From: the human T2T-CHM13v2.0 reference genome, Homo sapiens
Assembly (NCBI RefSeq): GCF_009914755.1
Contig: NC_060939.1
Length of the DNA stretch: 64,000 nucleotides
Strand: one strand, 5' to 3'
The first letter of the stretch is position 1, and each line of letters begins with the position of its first letter. The notes under the pieces are model-generated. The model did no database searches and was not told where the DNA came from. It saw nothing but the letters and a program-made list of their open reading frames with translations. This document shows, piece after piece, positions 1 to 18,201 of this stretch. The translations under genes were made by a program, and so were the position numbers.

Positions 1-158
1 CTGGGACTACAGGCATGTGCCACCACACATGGCTAATACATTTTTATTTTTTTGTAGAGATATAATGTCCCTATTTCCCAGCCTGGTTTCCAAGTCCTGG
101 CTTCAAATATTTCTTTCACCTTGGCCTCCCAAGGTGCTGGGATTACAGTGACCCAGCC
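1..158 (-). mobile_element. Old Alu (AluJ-like), cut by window edge
   Basis: ctgggactacaggcatgtgccacc...ttggcctcccaaggtgctgggattacag, antisense Alu, heavily diverged. Confidence 0.85.
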
Positions 159-365
159 ACTTTATCACTGCTAATGTTAGTTTTATTATCTGGATGAAGT
201 AGTTCAGTTTGGTTTTCTCTACTACAAAAGTAATGATTCTTCTCCCTCTTCATGATGTACTTGTTTGAAAAAAGTCACTATGAAAAGCACATACTTAAGA
301 AGTAGAGAATTATCCTCCATCTCTGTAAGGGCAGAACTCTTGTAAATACCATTTGTATTTCTTAA

Positions 366-1715
366 ACAATTTTTAATGTTCTTTTGGCTGTCCTGGATCA
401 ATTGCATTTTCCTATGCATTTTTAAATCAGTGATCCAATTATTTCAGAAAATAAAGAAAAAGTGCGAGCTAGAATTTCCGCAGGGACTATATTGAATCTG
501 CAGATACATTTGGAAAGTATTAGCATCTTGGTTAATACTTAATAGCATTCTGATCAATGAAAATCTAATGTTTTTTCATTTATTTAGGATTTCTTTCTTT
601 AATACAATATCTTTTTAAATTTTCAGTGTATAAATCTTGCAGTTGTTATGTTAAATTTATTTCTTTATTTAGGATTTCCTTAATACTTCAATGTCTCTTT
701 AAATTTTCAGTGTATATATCTTACAGTTGTAATGTTAAATTTATTTTTTATTTAGAATTTCTTTAATACTTCAATATCTTTTTAAATTTTCACTGTATAT
801 ATCTTGCAGTTGTTATGTTAAATTTATTTTCAAATGTATTTCCTTTCTGGTGCTATATTAAATGAAATCATTTTCTGAGTTTTATTTTTTGATTCATTTG
901 TATTGTGTTAGACCACAATTTTTTACACTGATCTTGCATGCTAATGCATTACTGAACTTTTTGTTTTTGTTGTTATTTCAACCTTATTTTAGTGGATTCC
1001 TTAAGATTTTCCATACACTAGATTATGTGACTGGCCAATAGAGATAGTTTGACTTCTTCCTTTTCAATCTGGAAGACTTATATTATTTTCCTAGCCTAAT
1101 TTTCTCAATTACATCCTCAGGCATAATGTTTAATAGAATTCGCAGGAGTCAATAACCGTTTTGTGTTTCTAATCTTGGGGAAATTACTGAAACTTACTTG
1201 ATACCTTGTGGTGTTATGTGAGAGTTTCATAGATGCCCTTTTTAGATAAAGAACATTCCCTTCTATGCAAAACTTAATGAGTATTTTTACTGTGAGTGGG
1301 TGTTGGACTTGGATTTGTCAAGTGCTTATTCTGCATCTTTAGACGTGATGAGGCTTTCATCATATAGTGTTTTTTTTAATGTAGTGTATTACACTAATTC
1401 TTTTATATGCTTTACCAAATTTGTGATCCTCAGTAAATAAATACCCTTGGTATTAGTATACAATCCTGTTTCATGATCCTGACTTATGTTGAAAGTATTT
1501 CATTTAGGATTATTGCCTGGGTATCCATAAAGCATATTATAGTTTTCCTTTTTTGGACTGTCTTTTTCTGGTTGTGGCATCAGAGGAAACGGCTTCATAG
1601 AATGCACTGCACACTGATCTCTTCTCTGTGGTTTATATTTTCGTGGAGAACAGTTAGTGAAGAATTGCTATTGATATTTTAAAGGTTTGGAATAATTCAC
1701 TGTCGAAGTCTTCTT
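366..1715 (-). mobile_element. Ancient L1M ORF2 fragment
   Basis: T-rich antisense L1 ORF2-like motifs (attgaatctgcagatacatttgg, gatagtttgacttcttccttttc, tgcttattctgcatct); no intact ORF. Confidence 0.7.
578..831. repeat. Three tandem copies of a ~84-bp unit inside the old L1
   Basis: tatttagga/aat recurs at 581, 666 and 749, each followed by aaattttca(g/c)tgtata...cagttgt(t/a)atgttaaatttat. Confidence 0.9.
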
Positions 1716-1729
1716 GAGCTGAGCAGTCA

Positions 1730-1886
1730 TGTGAGCTTGGAAGATGATCCCTCTCCAGCTGATCCTTCAGCTCAGGCCATCATCTACATCTGGATTCCTG
1801 ACCCGGAGAAACTATGAGTAATGTGTGCTGCTTTTGAGCCACTAAGCTACATGGTAATAGGCTATGCTTCAATAAACAATAATACA
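1730..1886 (+). mobile_element. MLT1 (MaLR) LTR 3' fragment
   Basis: ggattcctgacccggagaaactatgagtaat...gccactaag...caataaacaataatac; paralogue at ~38140-38340. Confidence 0.75.
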
Positions 1887-2511
1887 CTTGATGATAAATG
1901 TAATATGTTATTCTGAATTAGATCCAAAAACAGAAAAATGGAATTAGTGGAAAACCTGGTAAAATATGAAGACAGACAATACTTTAGTTAATAGTTTTGT
2001 ACCTTTATCAATTTCTGAGTTTTCATAGATATTCTGTGGTTATGTATGATATTAATATTACAGGAAATTGAAGGATATATAAAACTTTATGTAAGAGCTT
2101 AGCACTGCTCTATCAATCTGAAATTATTTTAGAATAAATAGGAAGTGTAGACATGCTCATATATTTGAGATCAGGACTTGCTGTTAACTTAAATGAGCTT
2201 TTGTGGGACCTGAAACTCATGATGCAAATGCAGTATTATTATAAAATATAAGTAATATTAGTTTCTATTTTATTCACTCTATTCTTCTGGGAACACCAAA
2301 GCCCATCTATTCTCTCAAGTAGTATCCAAAAGTAGGATTGAGTCTAGTAACAAGTAAACAGCACAGAAGATTTTATGGAAACTATAATGCATTTACATTT
2401 GTAGTAACTAATCATAAAATGACTTGCAGGATAATTATCCACATAATTAGAATGACCATGGGAAAGAGAAAAAAAGTAGAAATGCAACTTTCTGAATTTA
2501 GAAACTGTATC

Positions 2512-2692
2512 TGAGCAAGTGTGGTGGCACACACCTGTAGTTCCAGCTTCTAGGGAGAGCGGGTAGAATGATCACTTGACACGAGGAGTTTGAGGCTGTA
2601 GTACACCAAAATTGTACCTGTGAATAGCCTCTGCACTCCAGCCTGGACAATACAGTAAGGCCCATCTCTAAAATAAATAAATAAATAAATAA
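2512..2692 (+). mobile_element. Alu monomer (FLAM/FRAM-like) with (TAAA)n tail
   Basis: Single arm gtggtggcacacacctgtagttccagc...cactccagcctggacaa; same position as 39279-39446 in copy 2. Confidence 0.8.
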
Positions 2693-2786
2693 TTGGATTT
2701 ATACTACAAGTTTCAGAGATTGTTGCTTATATTTCTATGATTAGGGCTGAAATTATCTAGATTTTTCTGTTTTTAGAGAGCTGCCG

Positions 2787-4162
2787 TGATATGGTTTCGC
2801 TCTGTGTCCTCACCCAAATCTCATCTCAAAGTGTAATCCTCATGTGTTGGAGGAGGGGCCTGGTGGGAGGTCAATGGATCATGGGGGCAGAATTCCCCCT
2901 TGCTGTTCTTTTGATAGTGAATGAGTTCTCATGAGATTGGATGGTTTTGAAGTGTGGCACTTCCACCCCAACTCCACCCCTCTCTCTCCAGCTGCCATGT
3001 AAGATGTGCCTTACTTCCCCTTTGCCTTCAATCATGACTGTAAGTTTCCTGAGGCCTCCCCAGCCATGCAGAAATGTAAGTCAATTACACCTTTTCTCTT
3101 CATAAATTACCCAGTCTCAGGTAGTTCTTTACAGCAGTGTGAAAATGGACTGACACAGAAAATTGTTACTGAGAGAGTGGGGTACTGCTATGAAGATAAC
3201 TGAAAATGTAGAAGTAACTTTTGAACTGGATAACAGGCAGAGGTTGGAAGTTTGGAGGGCTCAGAAGAAGATAGAAAGATGTGGGAAAGTTTGGAACAAC
3301 ATAGAGACTTGTGGAATGGTTTTGACCGTGTGAACCCCAAATATCTGAGACAGGTCTCAGTCAATTTAGAAAGTTTATTTTGCCAAGGTTAAGGACACAC
3401 CCATGACACATCCTTAGGAAGTCCTGAGACATGTGCCCAAGGTGGTCTGGAGTACAGCTTGCTTTTACATTTTATACATTTTAGGGAGATATGAGACATC
3501 AATCAATATGTGTAAGGTACATTGGTTTGGTCCTGTAAGGTGGGACACCTCGAAGTGTGGGCTTCCAGGTTAGAAGTAGGTAAGAGACAAAAAGGTTGCA
3601 TTATTTTGAGTCCTTGATCAGCCTTCTACTGAATACACAATTTAGTCTGGCTCTGTGAATCTGTATTTTTACATAAACAGTAGTGGAGAGGAAGCAATCA
3701 GATATGCATTTGTCTCAGGAGAGCCTCAAAGGGATGACTTTGAATAGAATGGGAGGCAGGTTTGCTCTAAGCAGCTCCCAGCGTGACTTTTCCCTTTACC
3801 TTAGTCATTTTGGGGTGCCAAGATTTATTTTCCTGTCACAACCAAAATATTGATAGTAATATGGACAGTGAAGTACAGGCTGAATGGACTCAGATGGAGA
3901 TGAGGAACTTATTGGGAACCAGAGAAAACGTCACTCTTGCTATACGACTGGTGGCATTTTGCCCCACCCTAAAGATCTGTGGAACTTTGAACTTGAGAGA
4001 GATGATGTAGGGTATCTGGCAGAAGACATTTCTAAGCAGCGTTTGACATGTGACCTGGCTGTTGCTAAAATTCTATGTTCCTATGCGTGAACAAAGAGAT
4101 TACTTGAAACTGAAACACATTTAAAAGGGAAGCAGGCATAAAACTGGAAAATTTGCAGCCCA
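2787..4162 (+). mobile_element. MSTA/MSTB LTR (2787-3157) plus 5' part of MST internal region, 3' truncated
   Basis: tgatatggtttcgctctgtgtc...gactgacaca, then MaLR internal (ggagggctcagaagaagatagaaagatgtgggaaag); interrupted by MER4 LTR. Confidence 0.85.
3329..3840 (-). mobile_element. MER4A-type solo LTR (ERV1)
   Basis: TG...CA ends; ctgagacaggtctcagtcaatttagaaagtttattttgccaagg; 4-bp TSD ACCG/ACCA within MST-int. Confidence 0.85.
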
Positions 4163-4164
4163 AC

Positions 4165-7166
<3,002 letters not shown>

Positions 7167-7895
7167 TGTAATGGCCTCATGGGTTCATTTCCGCTGCTGC
7201 CCAGATAGAGCCAATTTATCAAGACGGGGAAATTGCTATAGAGAGAGAATTTAATACACATAGAGGTGGCTAATGGAAGACCACAGTTTTTTATTACTCA
7301 AAACAGCCTCCCCAAAAATTCAGAGGCTAGGGTTTTATGTAGAGAGTTTGGTGGGCAGGGGGCTAGAGAATGGAGAATTTTTACTGGTTGGGTCAGGGTT
7401 GAAATCACAGGGAGCAACAGCTGTCCTTTGGCATTGAGTCAGTTCCTGGGTGGGGGGCCACAAGTCCAGATGAGCCAGGTTACTGGTTTGGGTAGTACCA
7501 GCTGATTCATCAGAATGCTGGGTCTGAAAAATACTGCAAACACCAATCTTAGGTTTTACGATATTATTGTTATCTCTAGGAACAATTTGGGAGGTTAGTA
7601 ATCTTGTCGCCTCTGGCTGTGTGACTCCTGAGCCATACTTTCTATTCTTGTGCTTAATTTTTTGGTTTTACAAAGGCCATCTGGTCCCCAAGCAATGAGC
7701 AGGTTTATTTCATTGAGGGGCTTTTATTATCTTTTTTTCAAAGCTAAGCTATAAACTAAATTCCTCTTAAAGTTAGTTTGGCCTTTGCCTAGGAATGAAC
7801 AAGGGCAGCTTGGAAGTTAAAAACAAGATGGAGTCAGTTAGGTCATATCTCTTTGGGTGTAATAATTTTCTCATAATTTTTTAAAGGTGATTTCA
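7167..7895 (-). mobile_element. LTR8 (5' LTR of the ERV1 element)
   Basis: gagccaatttatcaagacggggaaattgc...ttttattactcaaa; ends aaaggtgatttca (antisense of TGAAACCGCCTTT-type start). Confidence 0.8.
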
Positions 7896-9960
<2,065 letters not shown>

Positions 9961-12241
9961 GCTATAACTCCTGCATCTTTCAAGTCCTTGATGGTGGTGG
10001 TAATCTCTGCAATCCTTCCAGGTATATGGTTATGAATGTGATTTTCCATTTTCCTAGGTAGAGGCAGCTCTAGTGCCTTCCATTTAGGCTTTCACCATAC
10101 TAGCCCTCACTCCACAGGTCAGGGAACCAGTGTGGGAAATGTGCCAGGAGCTAAGTTTGTCTATTACAGCTATGCATCTGGAACTGGGGAAATCACCAGA
10201 GTAAGTGTTTGGGGACCCACTGGCCCCACTGTGATTTGATTTAAAACTTGATTAATCACTTAACCTTCATAATCACTTACTCTGACTGGGTGGTCCACAG
10301 TGATGTTTTGGGTCTTCTGGAATCAATGTAAGTTCAGAGCAAGTGTCTAGTAGTCCCCTAAAAGTTCTTACTATATTCATTTCCATAAAACACATTTACC
10401 CTGGTTAAAGGTTGTAGGTTCCTTTGGGGAAGGATAGGAGAAGACTAACAGTATAAAGTTTTCATGGTATACCTTGGTCCTTCATCAAGGGGACCTAGTT
10501 TCCACTTCATTCAAGGCATTCTTGACTGTAAGCTGGCTCAAGTCTGGGATTGAGTATGGGCTATGTTTCTCTACTTTTATGATTTGAATTAGACTTTTGT
10601 TCACTTAACCTAAATGTTTTCAGTCTTTTCAGGTCGATTAAGAAAGTCTTAGGCTTCTTACCTATTTCATTTCTAAGAACACCATGTGGCCAACACCATA
10701 GATCTACTTGAGTCAGACTAACCTGAATATTCCCTTACCTTTGATGACTATGATGGTAACTATGCCAATCTTGACTTTGAAGGTTGGCAGCTACCGAATA
10801 GACCCAGGACCCCTGGGATCCAGTTATTCCCAGTGCATTTAAATTTTCCTGTTGAGTGACTGTGGTTCTCATTATAAGATTCAGCCTACAGAGAAGAGCA
10901 ATCAGGAGGTTCTTTAGGGATGCTTGGGCTCCACTCACAAATCTGTTTCTCACAGCATTGGTGAAAGGTGTGTCTTCTGGCCCCTCCAGGTGTGGCTGAG
11001 TAGAATTTCAAATGTCAAATGCACTCTAGAGTCCCATTCATTCTAAGCCTTTGAATCTCTTCCTCTACATTAAGTCAAGGGAGATCAGGCATATCCAGCT
11101 GGATGAAGGAGGGCCACCTTTTGATTCATGATTCAACCAACCAATCAAACAAACTGTTAAAGCCCTTTCTAACTACCATACATTAAAACCACAATCTTTG
11201 TATAATGGGCCCATATAAATAAATTTGGCTTGATCCAACTTTATGTTTCCTCCACCACTATCCCAACACTTAATATTCTTTTCCACACGAGTCCCACAGA
11301 TTTGGTTATACAAATTAGAAAACTGAAATTGTTTTCTTGGACTGTAATGAACCTCCCATGGGTCACACATATAAGGTGTATCACCTTTAAAGGCCTACTG
11401 GAACTCAGGACTAATGATAGGTCTAGAAGGAAAACGAGGTGGGTCCTGAGGAGAATCATCATTGCATTACTTGGCAACTGCCTCCGGGAAGTCCATTACC
11501 TTTTCTCAGTTAAGCCTGGGTTAATCCCTTCAGACAGAACTGCTTATACCAATGAAGACGGGGAGACCACTGCCAAGGGGGTGGGTTTAAGGGGCCACTT
11601 CTGCTGGCAAAGAAGACATCAGAATTTCAGAGCCCAATGTCTCCAGCCTCAACATGGTCTCCCCAAATGTTCCCAACCCAATTTACAGGGTCCCATTCTT
11701 TCCTAAACAGTGCTCTAAATTTACAGTAGACACCATGCTAGGCTGAAAGTGCAACTTTCATTGTAATTTAGCCAATTGCATGGCATGGGATTGCATTTGA
11801 TTTTCAGCATTTTCATCCCTGTGACTACAGGAGATACAATTCTAACCTCAGAGCATAGATAGAAGCTCTGTTTTTTATGTGGAGCTGGATTCTGAATTTG
11901 AATCTTTTAGCTTCTCTTTTTTATTTTTCCCTTTGCTCAGCAACACTAATAGCAGAGTCCTTAGTTTTCCATAGATGTTTGAAGATATGCTATCAAGAGT
12001 CACTAAATGCCTTGCCTGTTACCAATGGTTGATTAGGAGTGCCAAAGGCAGATGTTTGCATGTCACTTAAGCAGTTCATGATGTGGACTATCAGTGGTCT
12101 CCATACTATTAGAAGTCTTCAGCATTTTTACTTATCATCAGGTTAGAGACCCAATTTTAGAAATCCCCAAAACAAATAAATAAAACATCCTTACGATTCT
12201 GGCTCTCTACAGCCATTCATGGTTTAAAGAAAAAAAAAATC
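9961..12241 (-). mobile_element. HERV-L/ERVL internal region: gag, protease, start of RT (decayed)
   Basis: Minus-strand remnants WDSGGGNIKLDQAKFIYMGPL (gag) and GLLDTCSELTLIP (protease, ~10320-10358). Confidence 0.88.
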
Positions 12242-13489
12242 TGTGTTAGTGTCCTCCAGAGAGACAGACCAATAGGATAGATACATAGATTGGCAGATGG
12301 TGGAGTAGTAGCATGGCTCATTCTAAGGCTGAAAGTCTCAGAATGAGGAAAGTTGACAGTGTAATTCTCAGTCTGAGGTCAAAGGCCTGAGAACCTGAAG
12401 GGTTGCAGAAGTAAGTCCTGGAATCCCAAGGACAGAGAGCCAGTAGTTAAGGTGTCCAAGGGCAGGAGGCAGAGAATGTACCAGCTCCAGGGGAGAGGGA
12501 ATGCAAAATCATTCTCACTTCTTTTTTTTTGTTCCATCTGAGCCCCCATCCCACTGGATGGTGCTTACCCACATAGAGGGTGGATTGTTACAGAACCCAA
12601 CTCAGGTCTGTTCACACAGATATCTACACTGACACTTGCGGTGGGAGAAAAAGAGGTGTTCAATTGAAGAGTGTCAAACAAGGAGGATCAGGCAGCTAAT
12701 GCTTAGATTTCTACCTCCCCAATGTCTTGTACATAAGGGTTTTTAATAGCAGGGTAAATTTCAGTAAAGTAGAAGTTACTGGTAAAATTATAAATCAATA
12801 CATGGAGGTTACACATTGGTTTTGGCCTTAAAGGGTGGAATATCTTGAAGCAGGGGTCAAACAGAGGTTCATAGGTCATAGGCAGATTCAAGGATTTTCT
12901 AACTTGCAATTGATTAAAGAAGAGAAGCTTTGTTTTAAAACTTGGGGTCAGCAGAAAAAAAAAATGTTAGCTGTGACTCATGGATGTGACTCCCTCTAGG
13001 CCCCTCAGGAAGAAATTAAGGAAAAAGAATGGCAGTCAGAGTTCAGTCTTCAGGTCCCCCTTATTTGAGGTCTACATATCAGCAGATCCATTTGATGGGG
13101 GCCTAGGTTTATGAAAAATGACTCAGGAATATATGTTAAGATGTTATCTTTGGTTTCCACAGGGAACCAAACAAACGTCTCCTGACTCTAAAGTCCTTGG
13201 GCTACTATTACCTTCTTGCTTATCACTTTCCTCATGTACTTCTTAGTGCTAGCTAGGTACCGGGGATTTTCCTTGAAGGAACTTGAGATTTTCCTTTATT
13301 TCCCTGCTTGGGGAACCCAAAGCCTCCTCACAGGGGTCCCTGATCCATCACAGTATCTTCCCCACTCTGTCCACTGACTCACATATCAGACTTTTATGAT
13401 AAAACCCTCACAGACCCAGAAGTAATTCTTTGCCAGTGTTCTAGGTATTCCTTAATACAGTTAGTTGACTCCAAAAACGAAATATCACA
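12242..13489 (-). mobile_element. MLT2 5' LTR of HERV-L, interrupted
   Basis: tgtgttagtgtcctccagagagacagaccaatagg ... agttgactccaaaaacgaaatatcaca; followed by ATTGG. Confidence 0.85.
12586..13352 (-). mobile_element. ERV1 solo LTR (MER4 group, subfamily unresolved) inserted in MLT2
   Basis: TG...CA ends, 4-bp TSD GGAT/GTAT; MLT2 resumes in register (gagggtggat|cttccccactc). Confidence 0.75.
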
Positions 13490-13494
13490 ATTGG

Positions 13495-13850
13495 GTTTTG
13501 GAGTGTTACCTAAGCAGGTTTCTCATGAGGGGTTCAAATTGGTGAGTTAAGGTCAAGCAAGCATGATTTCCAAAGACTCATGCTGTGCCTGAGAGGTGGT
13601 TACTGCAGAATATCTGTGCAGTTCCCACAGGGGTCAGTGTGGGTGAGATAAGGGTTGTGTCCAGCTGTTCTACATGCAGTAGTCACCTGGGGGAGGTTTT
13701 ATAAGGCGATATCTGGAATGACTACATTGAGGACTTAGAGGAGTGTGCAAAATGGAAACGCCATGGATTTCTAAACCTCGTTTCTGGTATTAGCAAGTCA
13801 AACCTATATCCAAAATGAAGGACTAGGCATTATAAAATTAAAAGAATTCA
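13495..13850 (-). mobile_element. Half of an older LTR-like element that hosted the HERV-L insertion
   Basis: Appears to continue 39910-40161 across the ATTGG TSD (gcatttattgg|gttttggagtgttacc); family not identified. Confidence 0.45.
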
Positions 13851-14169
13851 CAGCAATATTTAAAATAGAAATTTGAGTAGTTCACTAATAACACTGATAT
13901 CTCTAATCCTGGGGTAGAAGTTAAATCAAGTTGTTCAACTTTTCCTCAGTAATAGACCAGAATACATAAGATGAGACACCATGATTTTATACTGAGAAAG
14001 AGGCAGTCACAAAGAAAAATAGTGTGTTTTATTTGTTTTAAAGGGCATATTTGTACATCTTTCAAATAGAGATGTATCATAAAATTAATGTTGTTAAAAA
14101 CACGATTGGTCAGAAGACAGGCATAATTTGATTGCTTTTTTGTGCACACATATAAACTTGGTGTAAAAA

Positions 14170-14625
14170 ACACTTCCATTTTCACATTCTGGTGATATCG
14201 TTAAACATTAGAACTTGCAGAGTGATATTGGTAGATCAGAAAAATAATCTAACAGAAAGTTTTATGGTACTCTCGCAATAAGTGTGGCATCAGCAAAGCT
14301 TCTAGTCATCAGAGATGATGCTAACATAAGAGAAATCATGGACAAGGTGAATTGAAAAGTGATTCAGAAGAGTTTGATCTAAGTATGTGACATTTTAGAA
14401 AACACTTGTTACCTGTTTTCCTTTCTTTTTTTATCTTATGTGATCATAGGAGTGATATAAGACCATTACCCACATTTATGTAAGTTCAAAATAGTTATTT
14501 TCAATATATATGTATTTTCTAAGTGATAAAAAGTTTCTGTGTTACAGTTTTTCAATGGTTTTGTGTTTTTATTGTGACATAAAATAATGTTGTATTTTTA
14601 TAATTGATGCAAATGATACTTACAG
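14170..14625 (+). mobile_element. Possible Tc2/Kanga-like DNA transposon relic
   Basis: aaaagtgattcagaagagttt and aaaataatgttgtattttta resemble remembered Kanga consensus; paralogue 56850-57330. Confidence 0.3.
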
Positions 14626-14632
14626 GTGCTTG

Positions 14633-15262
14633 TGATAGCAACAAAAGGCAGAGAAATTCTAGGCAGACAGAGGTCCCTAGTAAAGCCCCACCCTCAAGCA
14701 AAAAAGCCTGAGACTGTGGTCCAAAGTGCGAACTTATATACCTGTTTTCCTGCTTGAATGTTACCTTTTCCTAAACCACCCATGGCCCACCCCACCCCAT
14801 CCTGTGCCTATAAAAACCCTAGACTCAGCCAACAGAGAGAAGCAGCTGGACATCAGGGACTATGGCTGGATGTAGAAGAGAAGCAGCTTGACTTCAGAGG
14901 GACAGCTCGATAGCATAACTTCAGATAAGAATTCAGGTGGAGATGGCCAGCCTTCAGGGGAAGATTACCTGCCTCCCCGTTCCCTCTTCAGCTCTCCTTC
15001 TCAATGAGAGCCATTTTATTAGCAATAAAATCCCCCACATTTAGCATCCTTAAATTTGTTTGTGCAACCTCATTTTTCCTGGATGCCACACAAGACCTAG
15101 GGAGCCTCAAGTGTGTATACAGAAGGCTGTCACACTGGCCCTTTGCCCTCGCTGGTGGAGGGCAGCCACCTCACATGAAAAGGCAGAGGGCCCACTGAGC
15201 TATTAACACTTAGGCCACCCGTGGACAGCAGAGCTTAAAGACAACTGTAACACACCCTCTGT
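14633..15262 (+). mobile_element. LTR27/LTR1-family LTR, 3' truncated
   Basis: tgatagc...ggcagagaaattctaggcagac; catcctgtgcctataaaaacc TATA; gcaataaaatcccc polyA signal. Confidence 0.7.
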
Positions 15263-15724
15263 GAAAAAAAACACACACACGTATTCACATGCTGTCGTAT
15301 AATTTTTTTTCTGAAAATACATCTTACTTTCCCTAAAACTTTGCATGTATCTAGTAGATTTAACTACATATATTAATTGTAATTTTAACTGTCAGCAACT
15401 CTGATTTTTAGTGAAAAACCTAAGAAGTAAGCATTGTTTTTTTTGTTTATTATCAGATGCAAAGCCCAGGACAAAAGGCAGAGATGCAGATAATGTCTCA
15501 CCCTTCCCAGTACAGTCAGAGGGCACAGTTGGGCTAAGAACTCCACATATCCCTTGGACTTACTATGGCTACAAGCAAGACAAGTCAAATAATTATTACC
15601 AATATCACAGGAGCAGTTTACAGCCTTAAAGCATCTAGCTAAAACAGTATCTGACCTGCTTGACTATTCAGACAAAATATTTAAATAATTCTAAAGACAT
15701 TTAAATTTTATTTTTACCAAAAAT

Positions 15725-17301
15725 TTTATGTTTTTGCCTTTTATTTTAGGTTCGGGGTACGTGAGTAGGTTTGTTTTATAGGTAAAGCGTGCGTCATGGA
15801 GGTGTGATGCACAGATTATTTCATTGTCCTGGCAATAAGTGTGGTACCCAAAAGGTAGTTTTTCAGTCTTCTCTCTCTTCTTACTTTCTACCCTCAGGTA
15901 AGCTGTAGTGCCTTTTGGTCCCTTCTTTGTGTCCATGTGTTCTCAATGTTTAGCTCTCATTTATAATATGTGAGAACATGCAGTATTTGGTTTTATGCTC
16001 CTATATTAGTTTGATGAGGATAATGACCGCCAGCTCCATCCATGTTGCTGCAAAGGACATGATCTATTCTTTTTATTGCTGCATTGTATTCCATGGTGTA
16101 TGCATACCACATTTTCTTTATCCAGTCTTCCATTGATGGGTATTTAGGTTGATTCTATGTCTTTGCTGTTGTGAATAGTGCTGCAATGAACATACCCTGC
16201 GTGTGTTTTCATGGTAGAATGATTTATATTCCTTTGGCGTATACCCAATAATGGGATTGCTGGGTCGAATGCCAATTCTGCTTTAAGTTCTTTGATAAAT
16301 CACCACACTGCTTTCCATAGTGGCTGTACTAGTTAACATTCCAACCAACAGTGTATAAGCATCCCCCTTTCTCCACAACCTCACCCAGCATCTGTTATTT
16401 TTTAACTCCTTAATAATAGTCATTTTGACTGGTGTGAGATAGTATCTTATTGTGGTTTTTGATTTGCATTTCTCTAATGATTAGTGATGTTGAGCATTTT
16501 TTCCTATGCTTGTTGGCTATGGGTATGTCTTCTTTTGAAAAGTGTCTGTTTATGTCCTCTGCACTTTTAAAAAATTTTATGTGTGCGTGAGATAGAGTCT
16601 CACTCTGTCACCTAGGCTGGAACCCAATGGTGCAATCATGACTCACTGCAGCTTCAACCACCCATGCCCCCAAGTGATTCTCCTACCTCAGCCTCCTGAA
16701 TAGCTATGCACCACCACACCTGGCTAATTTTATTTTTCTGTAGAGACGGAGTCTCACTATGTTGCTCAGGCTGCTCTCAAACTTCTGGACTCAAGCAGTC
16801 CTCTTCCCTTGGCCTCTCAAAGTGTTGACATTATAGGTGAGAGCCACCACACTCAACCGTTTGCCCACTTTTTATGGATGCATAGTTTGCAAATATTTTC
16901 TCTCATTCTACTCTGTTGATAGTTTGTTTTGCTCTGCAGAGCCTTTTTAGTTTAGTTACATTCCATTCATCAATTTTTGTGGTGGTTTTTTTTTTTGTAA
17001 TTGTTTTTGGTGTCATCATCATGAAATCTTTCCCAAGATCTGTGTTCAGAATAGTTTATTTTCCTAGGTTATCTTCCTGGGTTTTTATAGTTTTGGGTTT
17101 TATATTTAAGTCATTTTTCCATCTTGAATTGATTTTAATATTAAACATATGGTATGAAGAAGGGTCTAGTGTCCATCTTCTACATGTGGCTAGCCAGTTA
17201 CATTAGTACCATTTATTGAACGTGGGAGTTCTTTCTCCATTGCTTGTTTTTGTCAACTTTGTTGAAGATCATCTGGTTGTAGGTGTGCGGAATTTTTTCT
17301 G
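15725..17301 (-). mobile_element. 5'-truncated older primate L1 (L1PA13-16/L1PB-like)
   Basis: Antisense L1 3'UTR and ORF2 end; degenerate TSD ccaa(a/t)aatttt. Confidence 0.88.
16575..16858 (-). mobile_element. AluJ inside L1
   Basis: ctcactatgttgctcagg, ggactcaagcagtcctc (AluJ-type diagnostics). Confidence 0.85.
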
Positions 17302-17733
17302 TGCCAATAATTTTTAAATTAGCTTTATTTACTAAAGATTATTAAAGTCATTTGAACTAAAAGACATTTGAGTTATTTTTTATTTTTCTGATAAAATATT
17401 GGAGCTAAACACTTTTTATGCCAATTAATTAAATCTTTTATATATTTTGCTAGTGAATCATCACATTTATATGACACTTACAAATTCATAGACATACGCA
17501 TAGTCAGAAGCAGATCGTAGAGATTTATGAAGAGTTTGTATTTGAAGTTTCTTTCACCTCCTTTAGATGAACAATCTTTTTCAACTACCTATTTCATTGC
17601 CCTACACAGTTGTTGGCTAGGTGACCTTAACTTTGCATTTCTAAAGGGACAACTCTTAGGTGAAGTAAGAGAGAATTTATATCTTGATGACTTCATGAGT
17701 TTTGCAGGTACATGGATGAAGCTGGAAATAGTG

Positions 17734-18201
17734 ACTGAGACAGGTCTAAATCAATTTAGAGTTTGATTTTGCCAAGGTTGAGGATGCACCCACGAAAAAG
17801 AAACACAAGTTACAGTAGGGTCTGTGGCCTGTGCTTTTTCCAAGTGGGTTCTGATGACTTCAGTATTTAAAGGGGAAAAAGTAGACAGTAGGGGAAGGGG
17901 GGAAAAAAGGAAAAAGTCGAGTAGGCGGTGAGGCAAGTGGTTACATTTTTTGTGAGGCATTAATTAGCACCCATTGAATCCACATTTTATGTTTCAAAAT
18001 AGAGAAGTGGAGGGAAAGTCAATTATGCGTTCATGTCATGTTCTGTAGATCTACATTTTGCAAAAGATTAAGTAAACATGTATAATTACAGCTCTCTGTT
18101 TGGGGACAAAAGGAAGTCTGTTTGCATGACTCAGTTCCCAAGCCTAATTTTCTCTTGAGCATAGTGAGTTTGATGTCTTTATATTTTATTTTCCTTTCAC
18201 A
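17734..18201 (-). mobile_element. MER4-family LTR
   Basis: ctgagacaggtctaaatcaatttagagtttgattttgccaaggttgagg ... ttcctttcaca. Confidence 0.75.

Larger units (their letters stand above)
15263..17682 (-). mobile_element. ERV1 MER4-group internal fragment interrupted by L1
   Basis: ttttagtgaaaaacctaagaagtaagc; tgcatttctaaagggacaactcttaggtgaa; resumes after the L1 at ~17302. Confidence 0.6.

Noticed and set aside
578-831. Regularly spaced repeats as a CRISPR-like array
   Set aside because: Whole units are duplicated with no unique spacers; eukaryotic L1 context.
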